Shown: positions 1-9,046 of the stretch, piece after piece
Layout: the number at the start of each line of letters is the position of its first letter
Position numbering within the stretch: position 1 is the first letter of the stretch
Assembly: GCA_964014485.1 (NCBI GenBank)
Contig: CAXHAT010000121.1
Span: 1 to 24,259, forward strand
Reading direction: 5' to 3'
Length of the DNA stretch: 24,259 nucleotides
Source of the DNA: an uncultured Deferribacteres bacterium
Lineage (GTDB): Bacteria; Zhuqueibacterota; Zhuqueibacteria; Zhuqueibacterales; Geothermadaptataceae
Program-made: the position numbers and the translations under genes
The notes under the pieces: generated by a model
The model's input: only the letters and a program-made list of their open reading frames with translations
Told to the model about the DNA's origin: nothing
The model's database searches: none

Positions 1-319
1 CAAGAAAAAGGGGGATCAATCAATTCGAACTACTGCTCGAAGGCGTCATGAGCAGAAACGTCTCCTTTTAAAAAACTCAATAAATCTAACAGGTCGGGAG
101 AGAGACTGAACAGTTACATCGAATGCGATCTATTGTATTGTTTTTATTAAAGCTTAAGCAGCTTTCTCGAAGTGGGGAATGTTAGTTCTCAAGCTTATGA
201 ATTTTAATATATTCATTTGCAAACCGCCTGCTTTAGGGTTCAAAAAATCATGTACAAGAAACATCTACTGTAGATCATGACTGCCGTACATCTTAACCAT
301 ACCGCGCCTTGGGTTCGTT

Positions 320-2446
320 TCAGCTATAAAAGCGCCCATTCTTTTTCACCGTCTTTTCCAACAATTCCGCGGGCGTGAAGCGGGCGCCGAAGCGGTCTTG
401 GTATTTTTTGAACAGGTCGAGCATTTTGTCCGCGCCGAGGGAATCGATGTAACGGAACGGGCCGCCGAGGAAGGGCGGGAAGCCGAGACCCAGAATCGCG
501 CCAAGATCGCCGTCTTCGGGGGATTTGATGATGCCTTCCTGCAAGCAGTGCAGCGCTTCGTTAATCATCATCAGCGACAGACGTTCCTGCATTTCTCCTT
601 TCGGCAGTTCCTTTCGCGCCGGGCCGCCGAAGAAGCGGTAAATTTCCAGATTCACTTCCTTCTTTCTGCCCTTTTTCTTGCCGGATTGTTCGTATTGATA
701 AAAGCCCTTGCCGTTCTTGCGGCCCAGAAAACCGGCTTCGTAAATCTGTTTGTGAATGCTCGAAGGCTCGCCGCCGCGCGCCTTGAACATCGGCGCGAGA
801 ATGTCGGAAACGTGCGCGCCCACGTCAATCCCGACTTCGTCCATCAAGGCCACCGGCCCGACCGGGAAACCGAATTGCCGCATGGCGCGATCCAGCACTT
901 TGATGTCCGCGCCTTCGGAGAGCACTTCAATGGCTTCGTTCATCAGCGGCGCGAGAATGCGCGTGGTGTAAAACCCCGGCCCGTCCTTGACCACGATCAC
1001 CGTCTTGCCCTGCCGAATCCCGACTTCGAACGCCGTCGCCGTCACCCAGTCCGCCGTCTTCTCCGTTTCAATGATTTCGAGCAGCGGCATTTTGGGCACG
1101 GGCGAAAAATAATGCATCCCGACGACCATCTCCGGGCGTTTGGCTTTCGCGGCAATGTCCGTGATTGGCAAGGATGATGTGTTGCTGGCGAAAATGCAAT
1201 TCTCGTGCGTCGCCTCTTCGCAATCGGCGAGCACTTTGTGCTTCAGGTCGAGGTCTTCAAAGACCGCCTCGATCACCATGTCCGCCTTGTGGAAGGTTTT
1301 GTAGTCGATTACGCTGGAGATGCGGCTGAAAATCTGGTCGCGCTCAAACCGTGAGATGATGCGTTTGCGCGCCTTGCGGTGGAGATCGCGCCAAATGCCT
1401 TTTTCCGCTTTGCCGAGCGCTTCGTAACTCACGTCTTTCAGCAGAACGTCCACGCCTTTGTCCGCGCTGATCTGGGCGATGCCCGCGCCCATCAAGCCCG
1501 CGCCCAAAACGCCGATTTTGTTGACCGGTTTGACTTTTTTCGGCGCCGGATTTTTCTTCTTCGCCGTCATCGCGAAAAAGAGATTGATCAGTTGTCGCGC
1601 TTGCGGCGTGAACATCAATTCAACGAAGCTGCTGCGCTCCAAATCCTTGCCGACCTGCGCGGTTTTTTCCATCGCCGCTTCCACGCAGTCGATAATCTTC
1701 AGCGGAGCGGGATAGTTGCCGAGCGTTTGCTTCTGGGCGATTTCGCGCGCTTTTTTGTAAATCATGTTGCGGCTGAACGAGGTGCTTTCCAAAACCTTGT
1801 ACGGCGCCGGCCGCCGGTCTTTGCGCTTGAATTGTTTTTTCAGCAGCATCCTGGCCGCGCCTTTCGCGGCGTCAAGCAAGGCGTAAGGATGGGTGACCAT
1901 ATCAACCAGGCCCATTTTTTTCGCGGGATAAGGGTAGACGTTTTTGCCGGTTGTCATCAATTCCAGCGCGCGCTGCACGCCGACGAGTTTGGGCAAGCGC
2001 TGGGTGCCGCCGCCGCCGGGCAGCAAGCCCAATTTCACCTCGGGCTGTCCCATCACCGTGCTCGGATCGTCCGTGCAAACGCGGTAATGGCAGGCCAGCG
2101 CGACTTCCATGCCGCCGCCCAATGCCGGGCCGTGAATCGCCGCCACAATCGGCTTTTTTGATTCGGCCATGCGGTCGAGCATGGCGTTGCCGTTCTTATT
2201 CATCGTCTCAATCTCGCTCGGCTCGGTCACTTTTTGGAAAAATTCAATGTCCGCTCCGGCGATAAAGCCGTTTTTTTTGCCGCTGGTAATGACGACGGCT
2301 TTAACTTCGTCGTCTTTTTCCAATTCGTCAATCGCCTTCTCAAATTCTTCAAACAAATCGGGAGAAATAACATTGTATTGACGACCGGGTTGGTCGAGCC
2401 AGAGAACGGCGATTTCGTTGTCCTTTTCAATTCTTGTCGCTGACAT
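320..2446 (-). CDS. fadJ: Fatty-acid oxidation complex alpha subunit (enoyl-CoA hydratase / 3-hydroxyacyl-CoA dehydrogenase)
   Basis: Crotonase motifs FIAGADI, ALGGGMEVALACHYR, PEVKLGLLPGGGGTQRLP; Rossmann GVLGAGLMGAGIA; IEAVFED, FASNTSSLPI, GMHYFSPV. Start moved from 2533 to ATG 2446 (MSATRIE), which follows an AGAGGAG RBS. Confidence 0.93.
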   Translation of the reverse strand: MSATRIEKDNEIAVLWLDQPGRQYNVISPDLFEEFEKAIDELEKDDEVKAVVITSGKKNGFIAGADIEFFQKVTEPSEIETMNKNGNAMLDRMAESKKPIVAAIHGPALGGGMEVALACHYRVCTDDPSTVMGQPEVKLGLLPGGGGTQRLPKLVGVQRALELMTTGKNVYPYPAKKMGLVDMVTHPYALLDAAKGAARMLLKKQFKRKDRRPAPYKVLESTSFSRNMIYKKAREIAQKQTLGNYPAPLKIIDCVEAAMEKTAQVGKDLERSSFVELMFTPQARQLINLFFAMTAKKKNPAPKKVKPVNKIGVLGAGLMGAGIAQISADKGVDVLLKDVSYEALGKAEKGIWRDLHRKARKRIISRFERDQIFSRISSVIDYKTFHKADMVIEAVFEDLDLKHKVLADCEEATHENCIFASNTSSLPITDIAAKAKRPEMVVGMHYFSPVPKMPLLEIIETEKTADWVTATAFEVGIRQGKTVIVVKDGPGFYTTRILAPLMNEAIEVLSEGADIKVLDRAMRQFGFPVGPVALMDEVGIDVGAHVSDILAPMFKARGGEPSSIHKQIYEAGFLGRKNGKGFYQYEQSGKKKGRKKEVNLEIYRFFGGPARKELPKGEMQERLSLMMINEALHCLQEGIIKSPEDGDLGAILGLGFPPFLGGPFRYIDSLGADKMLDLFKKYQDRFGARFTPAELLEKTVKKNGRFYS

Positions 2447-2495
2447 CAAAACTCCTCTTTTCTCTAAAAAATATTGGGTGAAATTCTGATCTTTT

Positions 2496-2521
2496 AGATT
2501 CCCGCCTGCGCGAGAATGACG
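2496..2521. repeat. REP-like palindrome of the GTCATTCCCGCG..GCGGGAATC type (dRS3-like core)
   Basis: ATTCCC-GCCTGCGC-GAGAAT at 2498-2517 is one mismatch from ATTCCC-N8-GGGAAT; minus strand reads GTCATTCTCGCGCAGGCGGGAATCT. Confidence 0.65.
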
Positions 2522-2555
2522 AAAAATGTACAATTTTGTCGTTTAAATGGTTAGA

Positions 2556-2582
2556 TCGGAGCGCGACGCATTGCGCCCCGAC
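2556..2582. repeat. REP-like GC-rich hairpin
   Basis: TCGGAGCGCGA-CGCA-TTGCGCCCCGA, arms match 9/11; immediately downstream of the GNAT-BKACE stop; resembles GTAGGGGCG..CGCCCCTAC-type REPs. Confidence 0.55.
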
Positions 2583-2588
2583 GTCACG

Positions 2589-3995
2589 TTAATGTAAATT
2601 CAAAGTGCGCCGGGTTTCTTCGGGGGAAGAAATCTCCCGGCCAATTTCTTTGGCAAAACTCGCCAATCTTTTGACCAATTGCTCGTTTGTTGCGAGCCGT
2701 GTGCGGTTAGAGTCAAAATAGAGATTGTCTTCCAGACCGACGCGCACATGCCCGCCCTTTATAATCGCCGCCAGGTTGATCGGGAGTTGAAATCCGCCGA
2801 CGCCCGTCGCGCCCCAGGCGGCATTTTCCGGCAGCGTTGCAATCAAATGATCCAAATCTATAAGTCGCGCCGGAATCGTTCCGAGACTGCCGAGCAGAAA
2901 ATTGAAATAAAAAGGCGGTTTGAGCCAGCCTTTTTTGCTGAGATATTTGCCATAATTGATCATGCCGGTTTCGAAGATTTCCAACTCTGGCTTGACGGCT
3001 TCTCGGAGCATTTTTTGAGCAAGTCCCTGAATCATTTCCGGCGAATTGACGCTGGCTTGCTTGGGAAAATTGTTTGAGCCCAACGTCAGGCTGGCCATGT
3101 CAGGTCTCGAGTCGCTGGTCAAATTCAGAACTTCGGAACGGGCTTCGAACGTGTTGAAATCGCGGCCGCTCGTGGTGATGTTGATGATCACGCCGGGACA
3201 GCGCCGTCGAATTTCAGGTACAAATTCTTTGTAGGCCTCAGCTTTGTACGTCGGGTTTTCTTCACCGTCGCGGGCGTGAAGATGCAGAACCGCCGCGCCA
3301 GCATTGAAACAGACTTCGGCGTCCGCAATGATTTCTTCCGGTGTGATCGGAACATGCGGCGAATCCGCCTTGCGCGGCACCATGCCGGTGATTGCTGCGG
3401 TGATGATCAATTTTTGATCGAGTACTGGGCGAATCTCTGACAAATCGCCAAAGCCTTCCTCGGCAAACCAATCGACGTCGAGATCGTCTCGGCTGTCAAT
3501 CAGGCGCTTTAGATTTCGCTGGTCGCGCCATTTCTTGAGATCGGCTTCGAGCAGTGTGAACGTATCAATCGCAGGGTCTCCAAAGTCGCTTTCCTTGCGG
3601 CGTGTGTGCAGCTTTTTGTAGCCAAACTTGCGGCAGTACCAGTTGATGTTTTGCGGCGTATCGGTCTCGGTGAAAAGCTGCTCCACGCCCATCGCAACCA
3701 ATCGCTTCATACGAGCGATTTGCAATTGATAGCCGACGCCCTTGCCGCGAAATTCCGGAATCACAGCCAACGAGCCGGTCTCGGCCTGACGATTGTTGAT
3801 GGTCAACTTACTTTCGCCGTCAAGCAAAAAAGCCGCGCAGCCGACGATTCGCGAGTCAACTTTTGCAACTGTAAAATGTTCGATTTTCGGCATAGCGTTA
3901 CGCTCGGCGTGGCCGAAATTTCCCATATTGTATTCTGAAAGAATCTCAATGATTCGGGGTTTGTCAGAAAGCTTGGCGGGTTCAAGATGAATCAT
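2589..3995 (-). CDS. GNAT acetyltransferase fused to a beta-keto acid cleavage enzyme (BKACE/Kce, DUF849) domain
   Basis: N-terminal GNAT motif A (LAVIPEFRGKGVG); C-terminal BKACE motifs LIITAAITG, PITPEEI, GAAVLHLHAR, PDMASL, KPELEIFE, GGHVRVGLEDN. Start taken at ATG 3995 (MIHLEPA); the extension to 4103 runs through a palindromic repeat. Confidence 0.85.
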   Translation of the reverse strand: MIHLEPAKLSDKPRIIEILSEYNMGNFGHAERNAMPKIEHFTVAKVDSRIVGCAAFLLDGESKLTINNRQAETGSLAVIPEFRGKGVGYQLQIARMKRLVAMGVEQLFTETDTPQNINWYCRKFGYKKLHTRRKESDFGDPAIDTFTLLEADLKKWRDQRNLKRLIDSRDDLDVDWFAEEGFGDLSEIRPVLDQKLIITAAITGMVPRKADSPHVPITPEEIIADAEVCFNAGAAVLHLHARDGEENPTYKAEAYKEFVPEIRRRCPGVIINITTSGRDFNTFEARSEVLNLTSDSRPDMASLTLGSNNFPKQASVNSPEMIQGLAQKMLREAVKPELEIFETGMINYGKYLSKKGWLKPPFYFNFLLGSLGTIPARLIDLDHLIATLPENAAWGATGVGGFQLPINLAAIIKGGHVRVGLEDNLYFDSNRTRLATNEQLVKRLASFAKEIGREISSPEETRRTLNLH

Positions 3996-4056
3996 ATTTT
4001 TTTGAAAAGCTCTCGTCAGTTCTTTGTCATTAAATCTGGAAATAGAGTATCGCGAA

Positions 4057-4120
4057 GGAGTGCAAAGCTTGCTTTGCTTTCCATCCTTTTGGCGGAATCG
4101 CAAGGCAAGCTCTGCACTCC
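4057..4120. repeat. Inverted pair of 21-bp REP-like units (REPIN-like)
   Basis: GGAGTGCAAAGCTTGCTTTGC (4057-4077) versus the reverse complement of 4100-4120 (GGAGTGCAGAGCTTGCCTTGC): 19/21 identical, 22-bp spacer; each arm also has an internal hairpin. Confidence 0.8.
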
Positions 4121-4129
4121 AATTTTGGA

Positions 4130-5434
4130 TTAGTTCAATCTTTCAAGAATCATAGCGCATCCGTGCGCTCCGGCGGCGCAGGAAGCGGTGAGTCCGAGCG
4201 TGCCGTCTTCCTTGATTAAGCGATCCGCCGTGGTTGCGACAAGACGCGCGCCGGTTGCGCCGAAGGGATGACCGATTGACAAAGAACCGCCCCAGAGATT
4301 CAGTTTTTCCATCGGCACTTCGCCGACTTTTGAGCGCCTTCCCAAATTGCTTTTGCCGAACTCGGTCGAATTCAAGCAATTTAAATTCGCCAATAATTGT
4401 CCGGCAAAGGCTTCGTGAAATTCGAAAACGTCGATGCTGTTAAAGCGGACGCCGGTCTTTTTTATCGCTTTTGGCGTAGCGTAGGCGGGGCCGAGCAAAA
4501 GTTCTTCGCCGGGGTCTTGCGCCGTAAAAGCATAGCCGCGAAAAGCCGCTTTCGCTTTGTACCCAAGCGCCTTTGCGACGTCTTCAGACATGAGGAGACA
4601 AACGGCGGCGCCGTCGGTCAAAAATGATGAATTTCCTGCTGTGTGCGTGCCGTAAGGCTTGACGAAAGCCGGCCGCAGCTTTGCCAGCTTTTCAACCGTC
4701 GTATCGCCGCGAACGCCGTTGTCTTTTTCGATGTTGGCGAATTTGGGCGGAATGCGCGTCGGCATGATTTGATCATCGAAATAACCGTTTTCAGCCGCTT
4801 TGGCCGCTGACGTGTGAGAGCGCGCTGCGTATTCGTCTTGCTCTTCGCGCGTCACGCCGTATTTTGCGGACATGCGATCGCTGTCCTGGCCCATCGTCCG
4901 ACCCGTTGAGTATTCCGAAATTGACGGCACGTCCGGCAGAAGATCGGCGGGACGCAGACCGCGCAAGAATTTCAGATAATCCCAGGCTTTTTTATATTTT
5001 TGCGTCTCGACCAACTTTTTCCTGAATTTCTTGCGAAACTGGATCGGCACATCCGACGAACTTTCCGTGCCGCCGGCGATAACGACGTCCGCTTGGCCTG
5101 ACTGAATCAATTCAATGGCATTGGCAATGGCGGCGTTGGCGGAAACGCAGGCCATCGTTACGGTGTGTGCCGGGGTGGAGCGGGGAATGCCTGCCGCCAG
5201 CGCGGATTCACGCGCCACATTGCTGGTCGCCAGATTCTGCGCGACCGTGCCCATGATCACCTGATCGATTTTTTCCTTCTCGATTTGCGTTTTATCAAGC
5301 AACCCTTTGATCGCCATGCGGCCAAGATCGTAAGTTGTCATGTCGGCAAAATCGGTGTTGGATTTCAGAAAAGGGGTTCGGCAAGCGTCGACGAGGACAG
5401 CGCGGCGGCTGGGCGCGGCGGTTCGTTTGGCCAT
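4130..5434 (-). CDS. fadI: Acetyl-CoA C-acyltransferase (3-ketoacyl-CoA thiolase), beta subunit of the FA oxidation complex
   Basis: TVTMACVSA (catalytic Cys), GNSSFLTDGAA, FEFHEAFAGQ, GGSLSIGHPFGATG, ASCAAG; HEAF and LLLGP signatures fit the FadI/HADHB type; GGAG RBS. Confidence 0.93.
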   Translation of the reverse strand: MAKRTAAPSRRAVLVDACRTPFLKSNTDFADMTTYDLGRMAIKGLLDKTQIEKEKIDQVIMGTVAQNLATSNVARESALAAGIPRSTPAHTVTMACVSANAAIANAIELIQSGQADVVIAGGTESSSDVPIQFRKKFRKKLVETQKYKKAWDYLKFLRGLRPADLLPDVPSISEYSTGRTMGQDSDRMSAKYGVTREEQDEYAARSHTSAAKAAENGYFDDQIMPTRIPPKFANIEKDNGVRGDTTVEKLAKLRPAFVKPYGTHTAGNSSFLTDGAAVCLLMSEDVAKALGYKAKAAFRGYAFTAQDPGEELLLGPAYATPKAIKKTGVRFNSIDVFEFHEAFAGQLLANLNCLNSTEFGKSNLGRRSKVGEVPMEKLNLWGGSLSIGHPFGATGARLVATTADRLIKEDGTLGLTASCAAGAHGCAMILERLN

Positions 5435-5483
5435 GGATTAGACACTCCTGTTTATGATAAATGGAATCTGTTTTTGCCAAAGC

Positions 5484-5514
5484 TTTATATGAGCAATTTA
5501 GAGCAAAGAGTCAA
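5484..5514 (-). promoter_or_regulatory. Possible sigma70-type promoter for the fadI operon
   Basis: Minus strand TTGACT followed 19 nt later by TATAAA in the divergent intergenic region; spacing is non-ideal. Confidence 0.25.
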
Positions 5515-5679
5515 GCCAAGCGCGTTCCAATGACGTACTGGTGCAGCTGAATTTTCGGAACGCTGCTTCACTCAAGCGAACTCATAATTTTGTCTGCAAT
5601 TCGTTGCGCCTTGCTCGCGGCTTCTTTATGCATCGGTTGATCAGCACTTCGTAAAATCCAACAAACAGGGAAAATCCTG

Positions 5680-6294
5680 ATGGGTAAAAAAGACCCCCGC
5701 GTCGGCGGCTACATTGAAAATGCGCAGCCGTTCGCCAAACCGATCCTCGAACACTTGCGCAAAGTCGTTCATAACGCTTGTCCTGAGGTGGAAGAGACGA
5801 TGAAATGGCGGTTCCCGCATTTTGATTATAAAGGCATGCTCTGCAACATGTCCGCTTTCAAAAACCACTGTACTTTTGGCTTCTGGAAAGGAACGCTTCT
5901 CAAGGACGATCGGAAACTGCTTGTGAAAATTGGCGATACGGCGATGGCGCATTTTGGCAAAATCACCCGGATTTCTGATTTGCCCGATGAAGCAATCTTG
6001 AAGGCGTACATTCTGGAAGCCGTGAAGTTGAACGATGAAAACATTCAAACTCCCAAACCCGCGACTAAGAAAAAGAACGCGAAAAAAGAGCTGGAAATAC
6101 CCGCATTTATGCTGGACGCTATTCGTCAAAATCCGCAAGCGCTGAAAACCTTCGAAGAATTTAGTTACAGCAACAAAAAAGAATACGTTGAGTGGATTAC
6201 TGAAGCCAAGACTGAAAAAACGCGCGATAAGCGGTTGACGACAACCGTTGCGTGGCTGTCCGAAGGCAAAGTGAGAAACTGGAAATACCTTTAA
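5680..6294 (+). CDS. YdeI/OmpD-associated family protein (DUF1801 + OmdA-like domain)
   Basis: DPRVGGYI..AQPFAKPILEHLR, EETMKWRFPHF, AFKNHCTFGFWKG; C-terminal FEEFSYSNKKEYVEWITEAKTEKTRDKRL..WLSEGKVRNWKY. Confidence 0.88.
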   Translation: MGKKDPRVGGYIENAQPFAKPILEHLRKVVHNACPEVEETMKWRFPHFDYKGMLCNMSAFKNHCTFGFWKGTLLKDDRKLLVKIGDTAMAHFGKITRISDLPDEAILKAYILEAVKLNDENIQTPKPATKKKNAKKELEIPAFMLDAIRQNPQALKTFEEFSYSNKKEYVEWITEAKTEKTRDKRLTTTVAWLSEGKVRNWKYL

Positions 6295-6306
6295 TCTGCT
6301 CAAAAG

Positions 6307-6336
6307 ACCGTTCGTCTCCCTCATTCTGCCATTTAT
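6307..6336 (+). promoter_or_regulatory. LytTR-type direct-repeat operator
   Basis: ACCGTTCGT (6307-6315) and GCCATTTAT (6328-6336): 9-mers with a 12-bp spacer; ACCGTTCGTC matches the AlgR site; lies upstream of an operon encoding a LytTR regulator. Confidence 0.65.
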
Positions 6337-6421
6337 CAGGCCGCGTGTAAAGAAACGTCCTTCCCGCCGTACATTTCTCGCCAGACAGCCTGCCATTCAG
6401 TGAAAAATGAAGGAGATGAAA

Positions 6422-7111
6422 ATGTTAGAGAAATTGATGACGGGAATACTTTGGCTGCACATCGCCGCCGGATTTGGGGCCTTTTTTATCGCGCCGGTTG
6501 TGATGATCGTCAAAAAGGGCGGGAAGACGCACCGCCAATGGGGAATTTATTACTTGTACGCCATGACGGTTGTGGCTGTATCGGCGATTTTGCTCACTTT
6601 CTATCGACCCAACCTGTTTCTGTTTTTTATCGCGATTTTCAGTTATTATTTTGCCTTTTCCGGCTACCGCGTGCTGCGCAGAAAACGCCCGGACAAAGGT
6701 CAAAAAGCGGAGCGTCTCGATTGGAGCGTCGCTCTCGCTGCGCTTGCCGTATGCGCGGGCATGGCCGTTTGGGGCGTGAGTTTGATTGTGAGCGATAATT
6801 TCGGATTTGCCGCAATTTTGTTGACATTCGGCGTCCTGGGCGGCGTCGGCATTGGCAGCGACGTGCGCAAGCTTGCACGTCCCTCGCTCGAAAAAAACGC
6901 CTGGTGGTTCGATCACATGGGCGGCATGGTAGGTTCATACATCGCAGCCGTGACGGCTTTTTCCGTGCAGAATTTTACATTCATGCCGCCGATTCTGCGC
7001 TGGCTCTGGCCGACGGCAATCGGCGCGATTGGACTGACGGTTTGGATTCGATATTATCGCGCTAAATTTTCACGAAGCAAAAAGACGGCGGTCCTTGAAC
7101 CCGCCGCATGA
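6422..7111 (+). CDS. DUF2306-like polytopic membrane protein
   Basis: About 7 hydrophobic segments; LHIAAG, KKGGKTHRQWG, WWFDHMGGMVGSYIAAVTAF motifs; AAGGAG RBS before ATG 6422. Confidence 0.75.
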   Translation: MLEKLMTGILWLHIAAGFGAFFIAPVVMIVKKGGKTHRQWGIYYLYAMTVVAVSAILLTFYRPNLFLFFIAIFSYYFAFSGYRVLRRKRPDKGQKAERLDWSVALAALAVCAGMAVWGVSLIVSDNFGFAAILLTFGVLGGVGIGSDVRKLARPSLEKNAWWFDHMGGMVGSYIAAVTAFSVQNFTFMPPILRWLWPTAIGAIGLTVWIRYYRAKFSRSKKTAVLEPAA

Positions 7112-8196
7112 GTTTGACGTCGATGAACGAATTGAAGAATACAATTGTGCGCCGTTTGTCGCCTTGCTTTCAACGACGGAACCTGTTGACGCTTGCAGGC
7201 GTCTGCGCCGTGATTGCCTTATTGCTGACAGGGCTCTCAACTGGTTCGAAAACAGGTGACTTGCTGTTGAACTTTGCGATCAATTTTATCTTCTCGTTCG
7301 CTATCGGCATGTCCATATTTCTGTTCATCCAGTTGACCAACGCAACGACGGCGCCGACCGTTCTAAAAAAGGGCGCTTTCCTCACCGGCTCTTTCGTATT
7401 TGGCGGCGTTTTAGGTACGATCATCGCCGTCGGCTTGTTGAAAGCGATCTGGCAAGAACAGGCTGTGATCGAGAATTTTGCAGACCTTTTGACGACGAAT
7501 ATTTTTCTTGCCGTCATTTTCGGCGTTATCGTCACAAGCTACTTTGTCTTGCACGATAGATTCCATGAAGCGGCGGCGAAACTGGCGGCAAAGGAAATCA
7601 ACGAGCAGCGCCTGCTGCGTTTGAAAACCAAAGCCGAGCTTGAAGCGCTTCGTGCGAAGATCAACCCGCACTTTCTCTTCAATACGCTCAACTCCGTCGC
7701 CAGCTTGATTCCTGAAAATCCGACCAAGGCCGAGGAAATGGTGCAAAAACTTGCGCACGTTTTCCGTCATACTTTGGATGCGAGCAACAAGGAATTCGTT
7801 ACGTTAGCCGAAGAATTGGAGACAATTCGGCAATACCTGGACATAGAAAAAGTCAGATTGGGGAAACGCCTGACATTTGAAATTGCAGCGGAAGAAGAGC
7901 TTGGCGAAACTGAAATTCCCGGCCTGTTATTACAGCCTTTGGTCGAGAATTGTATCATTCACGGAATCTCAGACACGCGATCAGGCGGCAAGATTTATGT
8001 CAATTGTTCGCGTAGCAACGGGTTTTGTAACATTGAAATTTGCGATTCGGGCAACGGATTTCAGGAAACCGAGACAACGGAAGGATTCGGGCTTACAGCG
8101 GTGAAGGATAGATTATCGTTGGCCTATAGTGAAGAGCATTTGCTGAGTTTGGAAAACGACGATGGATTCAAAGTAACGGTGAAAATTCCGCTATGA
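7108..8196 (+). CDS. LytS/YehU-family membrane sensor histidine kinase
   Basis: N-terminal TM helices; LEALRAKINPHFLFNTLN H-box; TLAEELE..YLDIEKVRLG; LLQPLVENCIIHG; DSGNG, GFGL; ATGA overlap with upstream gene. Confidence 0.93.
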   Translation: MSLTSMNELKNTIVRRLSPCFQRRNLLTLAGVCAVIALLLTGLSTGSKTGDLLLNFAINFIFSFAIGMSIFLFIQLTNATTAPTVLKKGAFLTGSFVFGGVLGTIIAVGLLKAIWQEQAVIENFADLLTTNIFLAVIFGVIVTSYFVLHDRFHEAAAKLAAKEINEQRLLRLKTKAELEALRAKINPHFLFNTLNSVASLIPENPTKAEEMVQKLAHVFRHTLDASNKEFVTLAEELETIRQYLDIEKVRLGKRLTFEIAAEEELGETEIPGLLLQPLVENCIIHGISDTRSGGKIYVNCSRSNGFCNIEICDSGNGFQETETTEGFGLTAVKDRLSLAYSEEHLLSLENDDGFKVTVKIPL

Positions 8197-8951
8197 AATT
8201 CAAAACAATATTGGTGGATGACGAAGAACTAGCGGTCAAACGATTGCGGCGATTGCTGGAACCGCACTCAGGAGTTGTTGAAATTGTTGGTTCTGCTAAC
8301 GACGGTTTTGAAGCGATCCAAAAAATTGAGCAATTGCGACCGAATGTGGTTTTTCTCGATGTTCAAATGCCCGAGTTGAACGGGTTCGAAGTGATTGAGC
8401 GGCTGAATCATCCTCCCATTATTGTTTTTGTCACCGCCTACGACGAATATGCGCTCAAGGCGTTTGAAACCACAGCCGTTGATTATTTGCTTAAACCCGT
8501 TGAACCTGAACGGCTCGCGCAATCCATTCAAAAACTCCGCCGATTGTACGATAATCAAGATGGAGCGGCTTCCAACTCAACGCAGGAAAAGATTGACGCC
8601 TTGCTTGCGGCTGTCAGTACTCAGCCTTTAAAACGTTTACAGGTTCGGATTGGTGACCGCATCCGTTTTGTGGATGTGGATCGAATCTGTTTTTTTCGCG
8701 CCGCCGACAAATATGTCGAAGTTCACCTTGAGCGGGAACATTTCCTGATCACAGATTCTTTGAACGCTCTGGAATCGAAGCTCCCTACGGATGATTTTGT
8801 CCGCGTTCATCGTTCGACCGTCATTAATTTGAATTATCTCGGCGAATTCATTCGCAGCGGAGCGGGCGCATACCGCGTTCAAATGCGAAACGCTTCTAAA
8901 ACAATCCTGCCGGTCAGCCGCGCTTCAAAAAGAAAGCTTGGTTTGAGCTAA
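8193..8951 (+). CDS. LytR/AlgR-family response regulator (REC + LytTR)
   Basis: ILVDDE, FLDVQMP, FVTAYDEYALKAFE, DYLLKP; LytTR motif FVRVHRSTVINL..PVSR; ATGA overlap with the kinase. Confidence 0.95.
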   Translation: MKFKTILVDDEELAVKRLRRLLEPHSGVVEIVGSANDGFEAIQKIEQLRPNVVFLDVQMPELNGFEVIERLNHPPIIVFVTAYDEYALKAFETTAVDYLLKPVEPERLAQSIQKLRRLYDNQDGAASNSTQEKIDALLAAVSTQPLKRLQVRIGDRIRFVDVDRICFFRAADKYVEVHLEREHFLITDSLNALESKLPTDDFVRVHRSTVINLNYLGEFIRSGAGAYRVQMRNASKTILPVSRASKRKLGLS

Positions 8952-8985
8952 CCTTGCTGGTTTTTTGTCCGAGAAATCCGTCTAC

Positions 8986-9019
8986 AAAAAAAGCGCGGCC
9001 TGTATTCAGACCGCGCTTT
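8986..9019 (-). terminator. Rho-independent terminator between convergent genes
   Basis: Minus strand AAAGCGCGGTCTG-AATA-CAGGCCGCGC followed by T7; a shorter T run on the + strand suggests possible bidirectional use. Confidence 0.8.
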
Positions 9020-9046
9020 CAAAACTCAGTTCATAATCAACCCGAC

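Noticed and set aside
20..68. Minus-strand 9-codon ORF (MTPSSSSSN) behind an AAAGGAGA RBS-like sequence
   Set aside because: Too short, long RBS spacing, and downstream context lies outside the window.
398..2161. Long plus-strand ORFs (398..1177, 1379..2161) and similar shadow ORFs such as 5641..6396, 10088..11014, 12292..12927 and 23255..23923
   Set aside because: They are antisense to well-supported genes and show no recognisable motifs.
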